This document shows, piece by piece, positions 40,101-50,729 of a stretch of DNA of 64,000 nucleotides. The DNA is from Phoronis australis. Taxonomy: Eukaryota > Animalia > Phoronida. Made by a program: the position numbers and the translations under genes. The notes below the pieces were generated by a model. That model saw only the letters and a list, made by a program, of their open reading frames with translations, searched no databases and had not been told where the DNA came from. Position 1 is the stretch's first letter; each line of letters opens with the position of its first letter. The DNA is taken from positions 1,139 through 65,138 of the forward strand of contig NMRA01000713.1 of the NCBI GenBank assembly GCA_002633005.1, in the 5' to 3' direction.

Positions 40101-43100
40101 CCACTAAACTGCTCAAGGAATCATTGTAAAGTTTCACAGATGTCTTGTTTTTGAGATGAGCAAGGCTGCCGTTGATTTTCAGAAAACTGATATGGCTCCC
40201 CCTGGTGGCAATTTAGATTTTCTTTGACCTGTGTATTCCTTTATATCTAACAAATGCCTTGATGGATTTTCATGAAAATTGACATTAGATTTCTGTTAAG
40301 GAGATATCGGCACATTCCCATTGTCAGATGGATTCAAAGTATCCTACGCCCTCTAGTGGTTATTATTATTTTTCCATATTTTGGCATCCACTAAAAGATA
40401 AGACGTGTTCCTTCTGAGATGATCACGACTGGCGTAGATTTTTGGATGGGCTCAAGTACTGCAACACCCCCTTGTGGCAAATTTGTTTTTGCCTGTGCCT
40501 CAATATCTAACAATTTCATTATGTGCTCCAGTTGAAGAGAGTACGTTGATTTTGAGATGAGTCTGCTGTGGCTTGCCTTAGTGACAATTCAAGTTTTCCT
40601 CTTGTATATCTACAAAGTTCCTAGATGAATGTTCATTGATGTCAGACAAGTTTCTGTCAATACGACAACAGCACTTGTCTTTTTTCAGATGAATTTGACT
40701 TATGCTGTACCTCCTAGTGACCTTGTTATTCTATGTATTGCATCATGCTAATAAACATCCCGCATTTGGAAGCATAATTGATTGCACTTGTCGTAGAGTC
40801 GTGCGCACATTTCACTGCTTTGTTCTCTTTGCTTTTGGCCTTACTCTAATCACATCTCATTTCAAGTGATTACTAGGTTAACAATAATGATGCCAGTCTT
40901 GAATTTAGTCACTTGTAAGCTGTTTCACCTGGTCGTCGTGTCAAAACAAATCGTTGATTTCAAGATGTTGTTGCGTTCTGCTGCATATGTGGCAAAAATG
41001 CCGATTCTCATAATGGTGATTTGGTTTCAGATACCAACGGTGACGGTGCCTGGGATCCTATAGAATTGGAGGCTCTGTTTGAAAGGGAGGTATATCAACA
41101 ATGAATTGCATTAGTCTACTGGAAGAATTATGTCAAGAACAAATTAATGTTTCATGATCTGTGGGAGTGTTGGGTATTCAGTCTCTCTGAACATCATTTT
41201 TATTCCATTACCAGATGATTACTTGCGGATGTCCTCGTCAAAGGGCTGCACATTGCAAAGAGAGTGCGCAAGATTTGTTCTCTTGAGCTGTATACGCATA
41301 CTTAAGTAGTTCAGTAATTAAGTTTGTGTACTCTGCTTCCTGGTTCGTCGCAAAAATCTAATTATATAACCTAGTTGATTTAATATAAGAGACAACACCA
41401 CATTCCAGCTTGAAAAGTCCTTTGACGAGAAAAAACCCGAAGAGGACGATCCTGTTGAGAAGGAGGAGAATCGTCAGCGCATGCGGGAGCACGTGCTGAA
41501 GGAGATCGACACGAACAAGGACCACATGGTGTCACTGGAGGAGTTTTTGAAGAGTGCGAATAACGAGGACTTTGACAACAAGGAAGAGTGGAAGGTATGG
41601 CTAGTGGTGACCTTGAAATGGTTCCTCTTATAGCCACATGTAAAGCATGGCGCAAGTTCTCTGATCTTAAACAACGGTTTTCCTGTATCTTTAAGTCGAA
41701 GAAGCAGTCAGAAATACACACGGTCTGTGGTATGATTGTGTAAAATTAGGAGTGATAGCTTCTTGTATTAGCAACCACTAAATTGTTCTGATTGTGGCTT
41801 TAAGCTTGACGTTTGCATGCTCAAAGTAACATGTCCGCATGTAAGGGTGATTGTTCGTTTCTGATAAGTCGCCGTTCAAAAAAAGACGGGCATATTTGCT
41901 TTGTTCTGCTTGTCAGTACCGAAGTATTGGTGCACATCCATGATTAAAGAATGCCTGTTACAAAATTACCAGGTCTGTTATCAGTCCTGGGAAAATTTGG
42001 GTACATGAGGTAGTTGCCAGCATTTCAATTGGCTTCGTAAGTGGTATTCAGACCGATTTCAGAGCATTGGTGAGAGATGCATTGGCAAAATGCATGATGG
42101 GTCTGTTTTGTGAAACCTCGTCTTTGTGCATAATACAGTCAGTTGTTATACGTTTTCTTGTAATATCTCCAGTCATGCTCACATATATGAAAGTAGCGAT
42201 AAATATTTTAAATTATTCAATACCGATAAGAAAATATCAATATGGAATCATATTCATTTGCTAATTTCTAACTATGTGCAGCTCTAGTCCTTTTCTAGAA
42301 AGATATATCCTGTGTTTTTAACCAGTCAGGTGATGTGACTATGTATATCCGGATTACCTACAGTATGCGTATTGTCTTATTTTAGTCCTTGTCCCTTGGA
42401 TATGAATCATCATAGTAACAAATTACGTTGTCATAGTCACTCCATTAGGGACTGTTAATTGTTTTAATTGCTGAGTTTTCATTGATGCAGTTTGAATGAT
42501 AATGTGAAGAGTATGACTGTCTTTTTTGAACATGGTCTAATGGAACAACGATAAACGTGTTACCGTGGAAGTTTGTTTGATACACCGCATTCACTCAGTC
42601 ACCATGTTACAAAGAGCATCCTATTAAATTTAAAAAATAAGGCATTCTGCGCTTAATAACAGCGCAAAACGTGCTTTTTTCACGTGCCTTCTTATATTTT
42701 CAACCTAAAGATAGGCTTGTTTTAAAATGACGACTGCGTGAATAAGGTTTATTGAAGCATGGTAAGACAGATGATGTCATAATCTATTCTACACTCAGGA
42801 TGTTGAGGATGAGGAGAAGTTCTTCACAGACGACGAGTTCGACGAGTTTGAAAAGGAGAACGGCTATGAGGACTTAGACGAGCACGGCCAAGTCGAAGGC
42901 GACGGCAATGTAAGTGGGTATGAGGATCTGGTTCATTAAAGCATCGGCTGTTTTCTTTCAGGATATAGAGGAGACAAATGAGATTTTTACTGACGAGGAG
43001 TTCGCAGCGTATGAGAAAATGTTAGCTGAACAGGAGTCTAAACACAAAGAGTTTCTCGATGGCCACGCCCAGCCAGGAGAGGTCAACGTAAGTCCGCGTG

Positions 43101-46100
43101 TCTGCTGGTCTATAGTGTTTCCCTCTGTTGTTTCCTGGAGTACTCCTGTCCTGGGTCTGACTCTGTTTACGGACATGTTTCGTTGTTCTCGTACTGCTGT
43201 TTGTGTTGTGTGACAAGGTTTTGTACGTTGTCTTTTGTAGTGTGGAAAGCCGTGACGATTTTGTAAAAGCATTAATTTACTAGGGAGATTCTGAGAAGCT
43301 ACTGCAAAACTTTCCAAGTCACACAGTTACTTGACATGTGGAGGCTAGGATTGGATGCATTGTGTAAATTTAAGACATTTTATTTATTTGAAAACATGAT
43401 ATTCGTGTTAAAAATATGCAAACTCACTTACTAGGGGACGAGTTCGAACATCCGGTAGTAAGTGAGTTTGCATATTTTTAACAAGACATCAGGAAAAGAT
43501 GATCAATCTATTTTGTCATAATATTTATGTTTGTTGTCAAAGAAATCACTCAGTGTAAGACACAAGATGTATCTCAACTTGATGTTGTCACAATTTTCAC
43601 TTAAAGTAGTGTGGTGTGGGTATGTGTTAACTGATGCAGATTTTGGATGAATGTCATGTTTTTGTCTCTTCCACAGTAAATTGAAACTCAGAAATGCTCT
43701 CTTTTCCCTGCTTTTCTTGCTCTCAGGTGGCGCTGGTGGTCCTCTCTGGTGTCATTAGTTTGTGGGTTGCTGTGCATTATCCCACAACTCATTTATGAAC
43801 GTATAAAGTCATAGTGTGCGATATGCAATCAGTTGCTCATAGGTCTTCCAAGAATAGTTTCTGGTCCCTGTGGCATTTTGTGTTACTTGCCAAGCATTGG
43901 TTTGTGACACGGAAATGTCGGAGTTCAATCTGTGCTGTCTAAGTAGCGTACACGAGTTTTGCTAACTGAAATTTGAAACGAATTGCTTCTTGTTCATCCA
44001 AGGCTAAACCTTTTAATTTCAGACTTCTTTGTGTTTTGACTGTATAACAGACTAATATGGGACCACAACAATTCCTGAATTTTTGACATAATCATTATTT
44101 TTGTGAAAGAATGGGATTCTGTTTCCATAATTAAAAAATGAACTATTTGGTCTGAAGGTGTTGCTTGAAATTAGGAAATCCAGTGGTCATTTGTTGAAGA
44201 AAATTGACCCTCTCTCAATCCAAAAATTGACACCGCTATTTAAAATAAAGAATTCTTGTTCGGTATGTAATTGGTTTAACGATATTAAGTTTAATTTGTT
44301 CGTTGTCTAGCTGTGCTTTGCTTCATTATTATAATTTCCTGTTGCAATGGTCTTTTTGGTGTTAAATAATTATGAGTTTAGTTCAGACCAGCAGACGGTT
44401 CTTACAAGGATCTCTCCTCAATCTTACACCATGGCCTATCACTGATGTAAACTGAAATACCTAACACGAGATTCTCTTACTCGAGTTGTGCTTGTGTTAA
44501 AAACACTGTCCTCTTCTTTCTGTACCGCTCTGACTTGTTGTAAAGTTAACAATAACTCCTCATGGTAAAAACTCCTAAAATTCCAAACGGGTGTTAGAGT
44601 CGTTGAATTCCTAAAAATATGTTGTCATTACTTTTTGATTTCCATCATGACATGAGAACATTTGGTCATCAGGTAAATTTCTGATTTGTTGTGCCTAAAG
44701 GTGGGTACTTCGCTTTCATGGAAAGTTTTTCTCAGGCTTTAAAAATTGAACACTATAAGAGAAAATTGATTTAATTTGTTTTACAATACATGTTTCACCA
44801 TCCCAAATTGAAGAAATCGTCTTAAGTTGAGGAGTGTTTGCTGTTAGCATATGGCGTTTACAATATAATTATTGGATGTTGTCTCTAATGTCTTGATTTC
44901 GTAATTGCCTTGTGTGTTGTATTATTTACTTTCCCCTTTCAGATGTGCATACCTCTGTTACTATTAAGTCGTAGTGTGTCTCGATTTTGGGACCGAATAT
45001 CCATTCCTCTCAGAAAAAATATTTAAATCCGACTCACAAAATCGCCTTTAATGATTGAAAAATTCCCCTCCAGTTTAAAACACTTTTAACTCGCACAGTT
45101 CCAGTTGATCTGTTGGTGAAAGCAGGTGGGTATTTTCCCATCTTCCAAAAATATCCTTTTGGAAGGCACCTTTCCCCAGAGTTGAGTGATGGCCCTGTGA
45201 ATCAACTATTAAATTCTTAACATAGACTGTGTTAAATATTATGAATTATCGTGAAATCTCGTGACATTGCATCACAGGATTATAAATGAAATTTTCAATT
45301 CCCATTCATTCATTTTGAGAACCAGTTGATGCCTGTTATTCAGTGGAGAAAACTGGTTCTCAGATGTTTTGTCCTGTCCTGTGTGTGCAAATAGATGGGT
45401 ATTGATTTGGAGCCTGTTGTTTCCTACACTAAACCTCTCAGGCTCCTGTGTTGCAGGCATTAGGTCTTCAATGATTATGGAGTCGTCACAGTTGACCAGG
45501 CAGGTGCTCCAGCTTTTGTACATTATGTACCTGTGCCCTGAACTGGCATTGTGAATGTATCGATTTTATGTTGCAGGTTCCTCACCCCGGTGAACACCAA
45601 CAACCACCTGTAGTGTCAGATTCTCACCCCAACCAACAGGTAGTTTTTGTCTTGCCCAAAATATGCTGTTTGTCCATTAATCAAATGTTTTTATTCTTTT
45701 CACCTTGTATTTTTGAAAGTATCAGTTCATGTAAATATGTACGGGGCTGCCAAACACCAGTCTATGCTGAAAGTCTGTATTTTTCAGGTGAAAACAATTG
45801 TCAATATTTTCAGAAAGTTTCTCTTTCGATCAAAGGAGGGGGAGTATACACCCAAAAACTGCAAATCTTCAATTTCAAATCCTGTTCCAACTAAAAAGGC
45901 GACATTAAAAATCCAGGTTATCCGCTTAATTTCGTGCAGTAGACATTGTGGATTTCGCCACTCTGATCCATGGCCTTGCAAATCTTTGATTTCTCGTTTT
46001 AATTTTGTGATGGAAGCTGGTGTTGAAGGTTGGTGTGATGAATCGTGTGTATTTTTTGGAGTTTCTAACTATGAAATCAAATTTCTTGGAATATTGTCTC

Positions 46101-47247
46101 TCCAATTCTGCTCGTGACTGCTTGATATGATTTTCAAAGTTGACAATATCCCACGGTGCAAAGCCAAGTAAGCCCTTTTTTTCATTGGTCAGTCATTCAC
46201 AAACCAACTTGAATTGACCAATCATGAAAGGAAAAGCCGGTATCGAAATTACATCATAACTGGTACTCTTGAATTTAGGTTTCTGATTTGATCTTCGTGA
46301 TCTCGTGCATCAAAACCGTAGCGAAATTAACTATCTAAATCCGTAACATTTAAAACTCATTATATACTGACAGTCATTTTTTGTTAATAAATGAAAATAA
46401 TGTAGAAGTTGGCAGCACCGCAAGAAAAAATTTTGATGCCATTTCTTTTGAATAGGGGCATTCTCCCATTGACCCCAACGTGTTTGATCGAACAAGTTGA
46501 CCAGTTGACTGACATAGGCAGTATCTTACATGATTGACTAACTCCACTGTGGTATTTGTGGTTGGATGACCAGTTGTCTTATGTTTTTATAATTGATTTA
46601 ATCTCTGATAAAATCGTATTTAGCCCGGTTAAAAATTAAAAATAAGTTACAAATTACATAAACCGATGACATTCAGAATTTCTCGTCAAATGCTGATTGT
46701 GTTTAGTCTTTGAATTATCCCAATTGCCTTGTTTTCGGGTAAATCTTATTGAATGTTTGTTTATCGACTTCGCTAGGGGTGGAGCTTGCAATAGGTCTAT
46801 TGACCTGCATGTTGTCTCAAAGGACTACACTCGGCAGTTAACAAAGGAACCAGATATTACCAGTCAGAACCGGCATAGTCTGGTAAAGTCACTGAACAGG
46901 AGAAACCCATAATGCAAGCAGATTTTGTGGAAAGAAATCTTCACCTGCATATTCTCCCTCTTGAAACTAAACTGGCGATGCAAAGGTTCATAATCACTCT
47001 AGCACGTAGACCAAACATACGAAATGCGACTGTTTCCTGCTCAACTTTTTATAATACTGGTGTCATCTTTGCAACTCTTTAGCCTCAAGATCACGCGGGT
47101 CAAGCCCAAGGTCATGAGGGTCAAGCCCAAGGTCAGGAAGGTCAAGCCCAGCCTCACGTCCCCAATGAACCTCAGGGTCACCAACCAGAGCAGGCGACGC
47201 AAGGCCAGCAACAGGAACATAAGGAGGGAACATTGCCCAAGCAGTAG
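31196..47247 (+). CDS. NUCB2: Nucleobindin (NUCB1/NUCB2-like EF-hand Ca2+-binding secretory protein, nesfatin-1 precursor family), about 434-439 aa
   Basis: Exons: 31196-31303 (signal peptide MVCYWRLITLCMALLPVVLS), 32318-32440 (LEYDRYLREVVSILESDPTFKKKLEEANITDIK), 33515-33641 (SGKIARHLELV..LDEIKRKE), 37973-38058, 38763-38948 (..EMEKEHERREKL..HPKINHP), 39629-39719 (GSKDQLNEVWEEGDG..FDPKTFF), 41031-41089 (EF-hand DTNGDGAWDPIE), 41409-41594 (RMREHVLKEIDTNKDHMVSLEEFL), 42799-42909 and/or 42962-43087, 45577-45639, 47083-47247 (stop TAG). All GT-AG and in phase. Confidence 0.95.
33609..33813 (+). repeat. About 100-bp tandem duplication of a nucleobindin exon 3' end plus donor site
   Basis: aataccacaagc.gcaagtggaacttaataatggtaggta occurs at about 33609 and again at about 33716. 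Confidence 0.85.
38150..38371. mobile_element. MITE-like palindromic element in a nucleobindin intron
   Basis: cccaaaaattaaagttttacctc..tcgtcggctgccat pairs with atggcagacga..gaggtaaaactttgatttttggg; ends gtatact/agtatac. Confidence 0.65.
42799..42909 (+). CDS. NUCB2: Nucleobindin alternative exon A (DVEDEEKFFTDDEFDEFEKENGYEDLDEHGQVEGDGN)
   Basis: ctcag acceptor, gtaagt donor, 111 nt, phase 0-0; resembles the FFTEEEL segment of vertebrate NUCB. Confidence 0.8.
42962..43087 (+). CDS. NUCB2: Nucleobindin alternative exon B (DIEETNEIFTDEEFAAYEKMLAEQESKHKEFLDGHAQPGEVN)
   Basis: ttttctttcag acceptor, gtaagt donor, 126 nt, phase 0-0; paralogous to exon A. Confidence 0.85.
43406..43483. repeat. 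Perfect 28-bp inverted repeat with 22-nt loop
   Basis: tgttaaaaatatgcaaactcacttacta (43406-43433) / tagtaagtgagtttgcatatttttaaca (43456-43483). Confidence 0.9.
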
Positions 47248-48570
47248 CGCCATCACATTTTTCGTTTATTGTTGCTAGACGAGTAGTTGATTTTTAACGA
47301 TGATGACTAACTAATATGACAGTAAATGCAACTCGACTGTTGCCATGTTTTTAAGCGAGAAATGTGGGTTGATAGAATTGTGTTCAAAATTTCATTGTGA
47401 TGAAACAGTACAAAGCTGCAATTTTTAAGGTGTTCTGTAGTTATTTATTCTTTTGCTTTGACGACACTTTTAATTATTTGTAAAACATCGATTTGGGAAT
47501 ATTTGTTGTTGTGTAATCTCTCAAGTCTTTGTTGGTTGTACATAATTGTTACAATAATTCAACACGTTAGTGGTCCCATTGTTTGTGTAAGAGAGCATAG
47601 TTGTTACTTTTTGTTCCGTAAAGCTTGTTACTTATTCTGGCCTTCTGGCTTGCGCGGAGTTAGTTGGTTAAATGTCGTCTGTGTTTTGAAGACTACTGAG
47701 TTTGGGTAGGTAACATTAAATAGAACAGTGTGGACCAGAATTTTCCTGTTAAGTTTGTGTCAGTGGGAAGATATTAGTTTAGTGAAAATCAAATTGTTGT
47801 GAAAGCAAATCAACTTAATAGTATTACTCTACCTTAACTTAAATGTTGTGGCTATTTGTACTGAATTTGTGGCTCAGTAGGACTGATGGCGTCCCATAAG
47901 CTTCTGTTAATTAGAAGTTTTCAAAAAAGTTGATGATTTTTTCTTGTCACTGCAAAGCACCCAAATTTTGAAGCAAGTACAGGCTAATTTTTCAAGGATT
48001 CAGTATTATTTTTAATAGATTTCTGTTTGGGTTTTCGCCAGACAGATTGAGGAAAATCATTCACCTTTTTTGAAAAATATTTTATTGCCTTTGCAGCTCC
48101 AGATTGTGCCAGTTTAAAATATAGTTTTCTCTGGGACGTTTTTTAAATTGATGACTTAAAGATTGATTCTAATTTAATATTTTTGAGTGACGTTTTAACG
48201 CTGCAGATATGACTGAATATACTTAAGGTATGCAGTTCATTTACAGCAGTGCAATCTCAGTTTAATGTTGAACAACCGACATAGCGGTCATTCTGTGAAG
48301 AAAGTCCTAAAAGCTTTGGACATGGCATCAGTAAAGTATTCCTCGACTCTTAAGTAATACTTAAAACTTAACTGTCCTGTACTTATTACCTGTATGCAAA
48401 CTGCAGTCGAATCGTACCACCAGGAAACCTTGCCGGACCTTTCTATTGCGATTCCATAGTATTAGATTCTTCCGTTATGCTCAAATATATTGCAGAATTC
48501 ATTTCCTACTAAACTCAGACTTTCGGATCTTCATCAGGAGTAGCCAAAAAATTGTGAGGTGAGCAAGACC

Positions 48571-48576
48571 AATAAA
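48571..48576 (+). terminator. Candidate polyadenylation signal of nucleobindin
   Basis: AATAAA about 1.3 kb after the stop codon, followed by T/GT-rich sequence; supported by position only. Confidence 0.3.
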
Positions 48577-48963
48577 TTAATTGTTATTCAATATTTTTTT
48601 CTTGTAACGAAGAAAACAAATACTGTGGAATCGCCCTAAAATGTTGAAGCCCTTTTAATGCCTTAGGGGCTGGAGCATTGTAAGCAAGCAAACATTGTAA
48701 ACATGGTTTGTTGGAGCATGGTTCACTTGTCTTTGTTCTGATATCATTGGACAATGCAGTAGATTCATTTCTTGTACTTTAAACAATTCCATACTTACTT
48801 AATCATTTCAAAGTAGACAATGAGCGATATCAAGACTAGAGGAATACTTAATATTTGAAAGATTTTTCTTTGCCAAATTGTAATTGCTAAGCTGAGCAAT
48901 TCGCCGTATTCTCATGCAATATATTTTCCTTGAAATTAACATGCGAATGGGTGAAAATGTGCT

Positions 48964-50368
48964 AATTGCAATAAATACAGTAATGTTGACGAAGTAATTT
49001 GTTTATTTTTCTTCAAAAGAGTAAAGGCGAGGTGGAGGCTCAGAAGTTGACATGCCATCCAGGAATGATTCAAGTTCGTCTTACTATCATGGTGGCCGGG
49101 ATACATGGAGTGGGATGACTGAATTGACATGTATAAATTACCCTGGTACCATGACTGACAGAGTTGAATGGTCTCCAGGAAATAGAGGTGGAAAAATGCA
49201 TGAACAGATGTATGTATTACAAACTGGACTGCATTCCACACGGCAAAATTCTTGGCGAGGTCATGAAAAACCATACTAAGTTACACGAGTAAGCTCAACA
49301 CTTCACTCGCGTCAGTTACTGTAGTAGCAAAATGGCGGCCACTGAAGTGGTTGGTTGCCAAGCCCGTTATGTTGAGTTATTAATTGCCTTGTCCCATATA
49401 TTGAGATTAGCTAAAGTGCCTCGTGAGTGGCTTGCATATATGGAGCGGCCCCTATGGGAACATTGTTGTGATTGATAAAAATAACACCATCTGGTGCATG
49501 AAGTGAGAGTGAAACGAGGTACAAACGGAAAGCTTGTTCAATTATAATATTCACCATTACTGCATTAAAAGAAGGTAAGGGCTGTTCCAGCAAAATCTGT
49601 GTGGGAGGGGGGGGGAAGGCAACTGAAATAAAAATTTATGGGTGGTTGCGTTTGATTTAAATTCAAAATGGCTGGTGGTCGTACTTCAAAAAAATAAAAA
49701 TTTACAGGTCGTTGTTGTTTCATTGGGCCATAAATGTTTAATGGTGGGTAATTTTAGTNAATTGCAATAAATACAGTAATGTTGACAAAGTAATTTGTTT
49801 ATTTTTCTTCAAAAGAGTAAAGGCGAGGTGGAGGCTCAGAAGTTGACATGCCATCCAGGAATGATTCAAGTTCGTCTTACTGTCATGGTGGCCGGGACAC
49901 ATGGAGTGGGATGACTGAATTGACATGTATAAATTACCCTGGTACCATGACTGACAGAGTTGAATGGTCTCCAGGAAACAGAGGTGGAAAAATGCATGAA
50001 CAGATGTATGTATTACAAACTGGACTGCATTCCACACGGCAAAATTCTTGGCGAGGTCATGAAAAACCATACTAAGTTACACGAGTAAGCTCAACACTTC
50101 ACTCGCGTCAGTTACTGTAGCAAAATGGCGGCCACTGAAGTGGTTGGTTGCCAAGCCCGTTATGTTGCGTTATTAATTGCCTTGTCCCATATATTGAAAT
50201 TAGCTAAAGTGCCTCGTGAGTGGCTTGTATATATGGAGTGCCCCCTATGGGAACGTTGTGATTGATAAAAATAACACCATCTGGTGCGTGAAGTGAGAGT
50301 GAAACGAGGTACAAATGGAAAGCTTGTTCAATTATAATATTCACCATTACTGCATTAAAAGAAGGTAA
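48964..50368. repeat. About 0.6-kb duplication (48964-49578 / 49760-50368) around the N at 49759; probable allelic copies
   Basis: Near-identical copies; copy 1 is followed by 180 bp not present after copy 2. Confidence 0.85.
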
Positions 50369-50729
50369 CAAAAATATAGGCTGGAACTTATTTCATTTTT
50401 ATTACTAGATGCTTTTGTTTAAAAAGAAAATGATTTTTAAAGAATACACGTTGGTATGCTGGATTCATTTTGGACCAGGTTGGTACCATTAATTGAATAC
50501 TTAATTTGGAAATGCTCAGCACGAAATCCAACTTGCCAATACCATGTATTTCAATCATTCCAATGTTTCTTTTTTAGTCATTTACAGATGGGATTAATCA
50601 GTAAATACATGCAAAAACAATTACTGCAGCAAAAGTCTCCATATCTCAATACTTGATCTGTTGAACATAGGTGCTGCAACTGACTAGTGGGAGTATTATG
50701 TCACTTTGGACCAACTCTGCGTGTCACCA

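Noticed and set aside
49052-50075. 75-aa and 110-112-aa ORFs in the duplicated 0.6-kb segment, with a nearby caaaatggcggc motif
   Set aside because: No recognisable family or consistent splice structure; the duplication is explained as allelic.
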